A DNA stretch of 64,000 nucleotides from Cryomorphaceae bacterium (GTDB lineage Bacteria > Bacteroidota > Bacteroidia > Flavobacteriales_D > SKUL01), in assembly GCA_007695365.1 (NCBI GenBank), contig REDV01000092.1, positions 4,844-68,843 on the forward strand. Reading direction: 5' to 3'. The notes beneath the pieces are model-generated. The model ran no database searches. It had not been told where the DNA came from and was given only the letters and a program-made list of their open reading frames with translations. This document shows positions 57,082-64,000 of the stretch, piece after piece; position 1 is the stretch's first letter; every line of letters begins with the position of its first letter. The translations under genes and the position numbers were made by a program.

Positions 57082-60000
57082 TTACAGCACCGACGGACTC
57101 GTGGTTCGGCGCGGTTTGCGAGGAACCAAACTGCTTATAAATTCGCCCGTTTTGCGCAATCCATCCGCGTATAAAAGCAAGCCTAAAAATAGGCTCATGC
57201 CCCAAATTACCAATAAATTGGCAGAAAACGTGTCTATACGGTGCTGAAATAAAATTTTGTTGGGTGCATAGAAGTGGCTACCAAAAAACGGGGTCTTAAA
57301 GGGCTCGCTATAAACTAAATCTTTCTTCTGAACCAGTCGATTGTTGTACGAAACAATGTAGTTAAGATCGTTTTTGTTGGTAACAAAATTTTCGAGCGCC
57401 CGATTGCTGTATCGCTGTTGCATTTTTTGATATTCCTCCCTGAGCTGCTCATTAGCGGTCATCTCCGAGATAATCTCCTCTCTCGCGTCGGCTGCTTTAT
57501 TGTACACTCTTCTGTAATGGGCCACCAGCTTATCAATGTGTTGCTCGAGTTCATGCAGAACGTCGATGTTTACCCGGTCAGCGTAAAGCATTTCGGTGAA
57601 AGCAAAATCCAATCCGCGGATGAATTGATTCTCTTGTGAAATTTCAAAGCGCAGTAAATCAATATGTTGTTGTAGTTCAAGGCCTGTGTAGTTTCTCGCC
57701 AAAAGGCGGCGAGCTGCTCCGCTGCGGTTTTTCATTTCTCGCGCCCAGTAATCTTTTTTCCAGTTGGAGTATTTCTTGCGTTTTTCGAGCTCATAGAACT
57801 TGCTGTCAAATGAATTGCGTGTGGCCTGAACAACTGCCAGTCCCTCGTAAGCCCATCGGGATGCCATGATATTTCCAATAAAAGGAACACCGGTTTGCGA
57901 GCTTATTGACGGGTGTAGCTTGTCAAATTTTACAATCACACCACTGAACAGCAGTTGTGGTATAATTAGCACTGGAACAATGATATAAATGACCTTGGCC
58001 GAATTGAAGGAAGCGGAAATGTTGAGTCCGAGCATATTCGCAAAACAGGAAACAGTAAAAAGCATAGCCCAGTAGTACAGACTGAGGCCGTGTACCCCCA
58101 GCATAAGGTTCCCCACCCAAACATAGGTGAGGGTTTGAATAGCCGAAATGATGAACATCACCGAGATTTTGGAAAGCAGGTAGCTCCCACGGCTCAGATT
58201 CAGAAACTGCTCGCGTTTGCTCACTTTTTTGTCGCGGATGATTTCCTCCGAACTTACGGTAAGGCCAAAGAATAGGGCCACAATCACCGAAATGAAAATG
58301 TACTGCGGAATGTTTTCGTTCTCACTGAAAATGTACTGCCCTCCTGCAATAGGGTCTTTCACAAAATAGCGCATAAAGAAGGTGAGAATGGCGGCCAATA
58401 CAGGGGCTTCCAAAAAGGTAATGAGCAGGTATTGTAAATTGGTGGATTTGGAGAGTATATCTCTCCTGAGAAAAACGCTGAATTGTTTCAGGTAGCCGGG
58501 AATACTGTATTGTCCCGATCGAACAGTTTTTGTCTCTTGCGGGGTTTCATTTTTTGGCTCGCAGTGCTCGAGGTAGTGTTGATGCCACTCTTCCGGCGCT
58601 ATTTTTCGTTTTGATGTGAGGTGCCCGTACTCATCCACAACCTTTGCTTCGAGCATCTGAAATACCTGTTCAGGGTTTACATTTCCGCAAACAGGGCATT
58701 CACTTTCTTCGCAGTCAGCATGATTAATGATGCGCTTAAAATAGGTTACGCTGTCAATGGGGTTACCGTTAAACACAGGGTACCCCCCCTGGTCGAGAAT
58801 GAGAAGCCGGTCAAACATTTTAAAAATGTCGGATGACGGCTGGTGAATAACCACAAAAATCAGCTTACCTTTTAAGCTAAGTTCTTTCAGAAGATCCATG
58901 ATGTTTTCTGAATCTCTGCTTGATAAGCCTGATGTAGGCTCATCTACAAAAAGCACCATGGGCTCGCGCACCAATTCCAGGGCTATATTCAAACGCTTTC
59001 GCTGGCCACCGCTAATGGTCTTATCCAAAGGCGAGCCCACGCGCAAGTGACTGATTTCAGACAGCCCGAGGTCGCTCAGGGTCTGCTGCACCATACTGTG
59101 AATTTGCTCGTTATTGTGATTCCCGAAACATAGTTTGGTGTTGTAGTAGAGGTTTTGGTATACGCTTAACTCTTCAATCAGCAGGTCGTCCTGGGCTATG
59201 TACCCGATGATTCCCTCCAACTTTTTTCGGTCGTGGTGTACATCTATACCGTTGATGGTTACTGCGCCATTGCTGGGCTTGAGGTTTCCATTGAGCACGT
59301 TGAGCAGGGTAGATTTACCGGACCCACTACCTCCCATAATCCCAACCAACTTGCCTGTTTCCTCGCAGAAATTCAAGGGTTGAAGGCCTTGATTTCCGAA
59401 TGGAAAGTGGTAGGTGAGTTGGTGTGTGCAGAGTTTCACCTGTTCAAAATCCGCTCCGCTCAGGTATGAACTAAGAATATCGGTGTAGTAAATAGAGTGG
59501 TGTAGCTTGGGACTTCTGATGCTGGCCCCGGAATTAAGCACGTGGATAAACGAAGGCATCATGTGTTGCCCGTTTAGCATAAGCGGCATTTCTCCGCGAT
59601 AACTCACAAAGAACAGGTTCAGGCTTTCAATTCGAAGCACCACCACCGGATCTTCAAGACCTTCGAACGGTGCTTGCAGGCAATGGCTAAGGTCTTCACG
59701 TTCCTTTTGCCATAACATCAAAAACCCGGGTTCATCCACTGCATCAAGATTGCTCCGTGTAATGAGTTTCTGAACTTGTTGGTATTCTTCCTTTTCAACG
59801 TTGAAGGTTTCTGCTACAGTGGTGAGAAACTCAAGTTCCTGCTCACTCACGTTTTGGTGGCTGTGTACAAACTCGAGCAATCGCAACAGCACCACAAATT
59901 TTTGTTTTTGAGTAAGTTCGGTGTTGATGGCTGTGCAAATCCTGAGTACTTTTACGGAAGCAACAGATGTTTTCTTGCGCACTTTTTGTTGCGATCCTTT

Positions 60001-60189
60001 GGGCTGGTATTGATCCACAAAGTCGTCGAACAGCTTCAGGTAGCCATTTACGAGCTTCTGACTCAGTTGCTGTTTCAGGAAGAGACGCACAATTTTGCGC
60101 CCTTCATCCTCATGGCTATCGTGCTGGGCATCTACCCGCGCGATAATCGCGAAGAGTTGCATAAGGGCTTTGAGTATATTTTCGCTCAT
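57082..60189 (-). CDS. fused ABC transporter: about 245-aa N-terminal extension, ABC ATPase, ABC-2-type permease
   Basis: Walker A GGSGSGKST, signature SGGQRKR, Walker B LFVDEPTSGL, then multiple TM helices and a long helical C-terminal insert. Confidence 0.85.
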   Translation of the reverse strand: MSENILKALMQLFAIIARVDAQHDSHEDEGRKIVRLFLKQQLSQKLVNGYLKLFDDFVDQYQPKGSQQKVRKKTSVASVKVLRICTAINTELTQKQKFVVLLRLLEFVHSHQNVSEQELEFLTTVAETFNVEKEEYQQVQKLITRSNLDAVDEPGFLMLWQKEREDLSHCLQAPFEGLEDPVVVLRIESLNLFFVSYRGEMPLMLNGQHMMPSFIHVLNSGASIRSPKLHHSIYYTDILSSYLSGADFEQVKLCTHQLTYHFPFGNQGLQPLNFCEETGKLVGIMGGSGSGKSTLLNVLNGNLKPSNGAVTINGIDVHHDRKKLEGIIGYIAQDDLLIEELSVYQNLYYNTKLCFGNHNNEQIHSMVQQTLSDLGLSEISHLRVGSPLDKTISGGQRKRLNIALELVREPMVLFVDEPTSGLSSRDSENIMDLLKELSLKGKLIFVVIHQPSSDIFKMFDRLLILDQGGYPVFNGNPIDSVTYFKRIINHADCEESECPVCGNVNPEQVFQMLEAKVVDEYGHLTSKRKIAPEEWHQHYLEHCEPKNETPQETKTVRSGQYSIPGYLKQFSVFLRRDILSKSTNLQYLLITFLEAPVLAAILTFFMRYFVKDPIAGGQYIFSENENIPQYIFISVIVALFFGLTVSSEEIIRDKKVSKREQFLNLSRGSYLLSKISVMFIISAIQTLTYVWVGNLMLGVHGLSLYYWAMLFTVSCFANMLGLNISASFNSAKVIYIIVPVLIIPQLLFSGVIVKFDKLHPSISSQTGVPFIGNIMASRWAYEGLAVVQATRNSFDSKFYELEKRKKYSNWKKDYWAREMKNRSGAARRLLARNYTGLELQQHIDLLRFEISQENQFIRGLDFAFTEMLYADRVNIDVLHELEQHIDKLVAHYRRVYNKAADAREEIISEMTANEQLREEYQKMQQRYSNRALENFVTNKNDLNYIVSYNNRLVQKKDLVYSEPFKTPFFGSHFYAPNKILFQHRIDTFSANLLVIWGMSLFLGLLLYADGLRKTGEFISSLVPRKPRRTTSPSVL

Positions 60190-60204
60190 TTCAGTGCGTT
60201 AGGC

Positions 60205-60243
60205 AAAATAAAAAAGGCATCGGGCCGAAGCCGGATGCCTTTT
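60205..60243 (-). terminator. intrinsic terminator after the 136-aa gene
   Basis: The minus strand reads GGCAUCCGGC-UUCG-GCCCGAUGCC followed by UUUUUUAUUUU. Confidence 0.7.
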
Positions 60244-60265
60244 CTACGCAAAAGAGCGCGTAGGG

Positions 60266-60676
60266 TTATTTTTCGAAGTTGATGAGCATTACTGCACAGC
60301 CTGAGTCTAGTTTACTTTGGTCGAGGTGGGCTTCAATAATCACTTGCATGGTTGACTCCACTTTAAAATCCCAATAAGGGGCATTGTCATAGTCGCTATT
60401 GGTAAAGAGGAGGTTGCGTTTCTCATCAAAAACAGAATAGATGAGGTTGCCGCTCTCAAACCCGCTGCATCCCACAAGACGGTAGGTGGAGCCTCCATAA
60501 AAGGTTGCATTGAACTCTGCCACCTGATCTTCGTAAAGCAGAGCCCGGTATAATTGGCCGTCGGAAATGAAACCATCCCCGATATTTTTGCTGCACACGC
60601 TCGCAATGGTGTCGCATTGCCCAAAGGCCGCACCAAGTATGAATGTCAGTAAGAAGGTGAGAAATAAGTTACGCAT
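60266..60676 (-). CDS. hypothetical secreted protein
   Basis: Signal peptide MRNLFLTFLLTFILGAAFGQ. 136 aa. Confidence 0.5.
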   Translation of the reverse strand: MRNLFLTFLLTFILGAAFGQCDTIASVCSKNIGDGFISDGQLYRALLYEDQVAEFNATFYGGSTYRLVGCSGFESGNLIYSVFDEKRNLLFTNSDYDNAPYWDFKVESTMQVIIEAHLDQSKLDSGCAVMLINFEK

Positions 60677-60691
60677 GGTGGTTCGGTTTTT

Positions 60692-61579
60692 TTAGCTAAC
60701 AATTGAGTTTCGGATGGATTCGAGTTCTTCTATGATTTGCGCAAACAACTCGTCGGTAATGCTGTAGCTTGTTTCGCTCTTGAGATGAGTTATTTTACCG
60801 GCAGCATCTACATCAGGCCGCTTGTATTCGTAGGTCGTTTTCACGCCGTCGAATAAAGCCTGCAAATCTTTAAGGCTAGTTATCAAAGAGGCAATGTCGT
60901 CAGACCCATGACGCTCTAAAATGGAAACGATGCCGTTCAGTGCGTGCTTTTGCTCTGCGATACGCTGACGAATCTCACCTTTACCATTGGTTGAGTTTAA
61001 TGCCATAAACATGCCCTCAACCCAACCACCCGCGATGATAAGGGCAGCTGTCAGGTCGCGCTCATTTTCTTTCAGATAGCCGTCACTGTGCCTGAAAAAG
61101 TGCGATGATAACACCAACAAAGAATCCTGGTTTCCGAGGTTTTCACTAAAACGGCGAATCAGCCCGCGATCAATGGCACCGGCAAGGTCGAGCTCATTGG
61201 CCAGCTGCTCCAATACCGTCATGCAACTAAGGGCTTCCTGGTTTTGGTCGAATATGGCATAGTAGGCCAGGTTGGCGCCATAAACGCCCATTGCCAAGCT
61301 TTTATCGGTGGCACTGATGTAATTTCCTGCGTTGGCTGTGGCGTTGGGCAGGCTGGCATCATAATCTGCTCCCGACCGCTCAATCAATAGTGCGGTTTGG
61401 ACTGGGCTGGGGATGCTGAAAACGGCTTCCCCAACGCGCAAAACAGATGACTTATCAGCTTCAGTTGCCGTAGTCAGGTCGTCGTCAGAAGATCTTTGGG
61501 AGTCGCTGCTTTCCACACAGCCCTGAAGTATGAGTAATGATGCTGCAAAGCAAGCTATACTCCATTTCATCCTTATCAT
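60692..61579 (-). CDS. hypothetical lipoprotein
   Basis: Lipobox LILQGC. 295 aa, helical. Confidence 0.5.
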   Translation of the reverse strand: MIRMKWSIACFAASLLILQGCVESSDSQRSSDDDLTTATEADKSSVLRVGEAVFSIPSPVQTALLIERSGADYDASLPNATANAGNYISATDKSLAMGVYGANLAYYAIFDQNQEALSCMTVLEQLANELDLAGAIDRGLIRRFSENLGNQDSLLVLSSHFFRHSDGYLKENERDLTAALIIAGGWVEGMFMALNSTNGKGEIRQRIAEQKHALNGIVSILERHGSDDIASLITSLKDLQALFDGVKTTYEYKRPDVDAAGKITHLKSETSYSITDELFAQIIEELESIRNSIVS

Positions 61580-61693
61580 GGGTTTTTGTTTTTAAGGTTG
61601 GGTTTCAAAGAGGCACCAAGTACCGAAAAAATCCTGAATTGTCAAAATCAGATAATTATCGACGAATGAATGGAAAATGCCGATGAACTGAAT

Positions 61694-63469
61694 TTAGTTT
61701 GCGCTGCGAAAAATTCCGCTTTTCTGCAATGCCTTGAGCATCGCCAAAAATCCGCCCAAAGCCAACGAAAAAGCCAGCCAACCGCTGCTGTATTCTGCAA
61801 GTATAAATTTGCCGGTAGCAAATAACAATCCGTAGGTCATCAGTATAGAAGTTAACCAGGCCACAAAAAGATACCGGTATACGGCTCGGCGAGGCGCGTC
61901 GGACTTATGAAAATCTTTGGGCCACCACCCCCCGGGCTCAACCTGACTGTAGTATTTGAGGAGTGTTTCGGTGGGGGTGGGTTGCGTTACGAACGTCACA
62001 ACAATCCAGCAAAGAGTAGTAAATGTCACCGTAAAGAAAAAGCTGTTGGGAAATACCCAATCCAGTAAACCGTGCGAAATGGCATAGCCCGCAAAAGGGG
62101 CAAAAGTGGCGGCAATTTCGCTCCACGCATTGATTCTCCACCAAAACCAGCGCAAAATGAGCACCATTCCCAGTCCGGCGCCACATTCCACAATAAACAC
62201 CCATACTCCTGATATAGATTCCATTTGTGTGGTTATGGCAAGGCCCAACACCATCACTACAATTGTAGTGAGCCTGCTTATCCAAACCAGGTGTGAATCT
62301 CCGGCATTGGTATTCACGAATCGTTTGTAAACATCATTTACGAGATAGCCGGCACCCCAGTTTAATTGGGTGCTGATGGTACTCAAATAGGCCGCAAAAA
62401 ATGCCACGAGCAGCAGGCCGCGCAATCCGTTTGGTAGAAAGTCGCGCATGGCCCACACATAGCCATTTCGCACTTCCTCTTCAGGCAGGTCGGGGTAGAG
62501 TACGATACAGGCCAAACCCACCAGGATCCATGGCCATGGCCGCAAACAGTAATGTGCTACCTGAAAAAACAACGTGGCATAAAGGGCGTCCCGCTCTGTT
62601 CGGGTGCTCATCATGCGCTGTGCAATGTAACCACCCCCGCCGGGCTCAGCACCGGGGTACCAACTGCTCCACCACTGAATACCGATGTAGGCCAGAAATG
62701 ACCCTAGCCCTAGTGTGAGGGTAGTGGCATCGGCTGCATTGGAACCAATAACCGGCAAAAAGCGTAAAGCTTCTTCGGGTAGCTGGCTTTTTAGCCCCTG
62801 GATGCCGCCAATTTGCTCGCTGTTCATCACAAGCCAGGCCAGTGCAATGGTTCCGCCCATGGCAATCACAAACTGAAATGCATCGGTTACCGCCACGCCT
62901 TTCAATCCCGATAAGGCTGCATATGCCCCCGCCACCAGCATGGCAGCACCAGTGAGCCAAAACACACGTTCAGGCTCAAGGTCAAAAAACACCTGCAAAA
63001 TAGACATCAATGCCAGGTTCACCCATCCTATGATCAGCACATTCATGAACAATCCCAGGTACACCGCCTTGAACCCTCGCAGCCACCTGGCAGGAGCTCC
63101 AGCATAGCGCAGTTCAATAAATTCTACTTCCGTAAGTACTTCAGCTTTTCGCCACAATCGCGCAAAGAAAAAAGTGGTGAACATTCCACCGGCCAAAAAG
63201 CACCACCACAGCCAATTGCCAGAAATACCATTGTTTGCAACCAATTCTGTAACTGCCAGTGGAGTGTCGGCGGCGAATGTTGTGGCAACCATAGAGATAC
63301 CAGCAATGTACCAGGGCAGGTTGCGACCTCCAAGAAAAAAGCTGCCAAGGTCTTTACCCGCCTCCCTCCTGTAATACAAGGCTATGCCCATCGACAGTGC
63401 AAAGAATGAAACAATGATAATCCAGTCGAAAAAGTTGAGCACAGAGCGGTTTGTTAGCGAACCGGACAA
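61694..63469 (-). CDS. sodium:solute symporter (SSS) family transporter
   Basis: About 13 TM helices. GGRNLPWYI and typical SSS N-terminal motifs. The start is uncertain (TTG at 63469 or a downstream GTG). Confidence 0.85.
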   Translation of the reverse strand: MSGSLTNRSVLNFFDWIIIVSFFALSMGIALYYRREAGKDLGSFFLGGRNLPWYIAGISMVATTFAADTPLAVTELVANNGISGNWLWWCFLAGGMFTTFFFARLWRKAEVLTEVEFIELRYAGAPARWLRGFKAVYLGLFMNVLIIGWVNLALMSILQVFFDLEPERVFWLTGAAMLVAGAYAALSGLKGVAVTDAFQFVIAMGGTIALAWLVMNSEQIGGIQGLKSQLPEEALRFLPVIGSNAADATTLTLGLGSFLAYIGIQWWSSWYPGAEPGGGGYIAQRMMSTRTERDALYATLFFQVAHYCLRPWPWILVGLACIVLYPDLPEEEVRNGYVWAMRDFLPNGLRGLLLVAFFAAYLSTISTQLNWGAGYLVNDVYKRFVNTNAGDSHLVWISRLTTIVVMVLGLAITTQMESISGVWVFIVECGAGLGMVLILRWFWWRINAWSEIAATFAPFAGYAISHGLLDWVFPNSFFFTVTFTTLCWIVVTFVTQPTPTETLLKYYSQVEPGGWWPKDFHKSDAPRRAVYRYLFVAWLTSILMTYGLLFATGKFILAEYSSGWLAFSLALGGFLAMLKALQKSGIFRSAN

Positions 63470-63566
63470 AGTTGTTCAAAAAAAGCACAGCTTACCTTTG
63501 GGCCGTTTTACAAAGCGCACGAATTCCTGTTAACTTCGCTCCGCACTTCGAGAATCCCGCAACAGC

Positions 63567-64000
63567 ATGGCAGAAAACACCTTGTTTGTAGATATGATAT
63601 TGCCCCTATCCGTAGGGCAGTTCTACACGTACAGGGTGCCGCGTGAGTTTGCACATCTGGTAAAGCCCGGTGTGCGCGCAGTGGTGCAATTCGGTAAGAA
63701 AAGAAGATATGCGGCCTTGATTCGAAACGTTCACAATCAGCCACCCAAGGGCTACGAAGCCAAGTATATCGACGAGGTGCTGGATGAAATACCTGTAGTA
63801 AATCAGTTGCAGTTCAGGCTTTGGGACTGGGTGGTTGACTATTACATTTGTACTCCCGGGGACGTGTTTAATGCGGCCGTTCCCGGTTCGTTAAGACTGG
63901 CGAGCGAAACGCGCATTATTCTGAACCATTCATTTCAGGAAGAAGAGCGTTTGGATGACAAAGAGTTTCTGGTATTTCAGGCGCTGCAGGTAAGTAACCA
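63567..64000 (+). CDS. priA: primosomal protein N' (partial, 3' end beyond the window)
   Basis: Own translation from the ATG at 63567: MAENTLFVDMILPLSVGQFYTYRVPREFAHLVKPGVRAVVQFGKKRRYAALI..., the N-terminal 3'-DNA-binding domain pattern of PriA. Confidence 0.85.
   Translation, partial: MAENTLFVDMILPLSVGQFYTYRVPREFAHLVKPGVRAVVQFGKKRRYAALIRNVHNQPPKGYEAKYIDEVLDEIPVVNQLQFRLWDWVVDYYICTPGDVFNAAVPGSLRLASETRIILNHSFQEEERLDDKEFLVFQALQVSN

Noticed and set aside
1-64000. Search by eye for CRISPR arrays, tRNA/rRNA genes, IS elements, integrases and prophage genes
   Set aside because: None found. The only periodic DNA repeats are in-frame protein repeats inside the adhesin genes. A tRNAscan, Infernal or ISfinder run would be needed to be definitive.

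Overview
This is a densely coding, about 50% GC chromosomal segment that looks like a Bacteroidota (Flavobacteriia-like) genome. The assignment rests on five proteins with T9SS C-terminal sorting domains (three type A, two type B / gliding-motility CTD), TTTG-type promoter boxes, and typical Bacteroidota synteny (TPR-ribH, recF-DUF721, ruvX-def). I saw no rRNA, tRNA, CRISPR array, transposase, integrase or phage genes by eye, so it reads as core chromosome rather than a mobile island. Recognisable content: a partial M16 peptidase, dnaX, a cold-shock protein, and an Fe(3+) ABC uptake operon divergent from a PAS histidine kinase and receiver pair. A minus-strand block carries dapD, a GT9 glycosyltransferase, tsaC, cca, a pRiA4b-ORF3-like gene and miaA. 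Also present are ruvX, def, ribH, recF, an M43 protease, DinB, PhoH-PIN, cyclophilin, NRDE, map, a GCS2-CBS ligase with an AstE/AspA-family hydrolase, an MBOAT with an SGNH-like partner, peroxiredoxin, ZIP, a SiaB/SiaC-like pair, a large ABC-2 fusion transporter, an SSS symporter and partial priA. The most unusual signal is the only large gene-free gap (34452..35617). It holds two tandem loci that each have a shared dyad-plus-promoter-like module, then about 380 to 450 nt packed with GNRA/UNCG tetraloop hairpins, then an intrinsic terminator whose stem shares CGGGAG/CUCCCGUU. I interpret these as two paralogous structured ncRNA genes that I cannot assign to a known family. The second notable signal is an A10 run in dnaX, exactly at the gamma/tau boundary, where both alternative frames stop within 3 to 5 codons. 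This suggests a slippage site that makes a short gamma subunit. Several start codons were moved downstream of the ORF-track start to fit signal peptides or conserved N-termini. All family assignments come from reading the translations, not from database searches.
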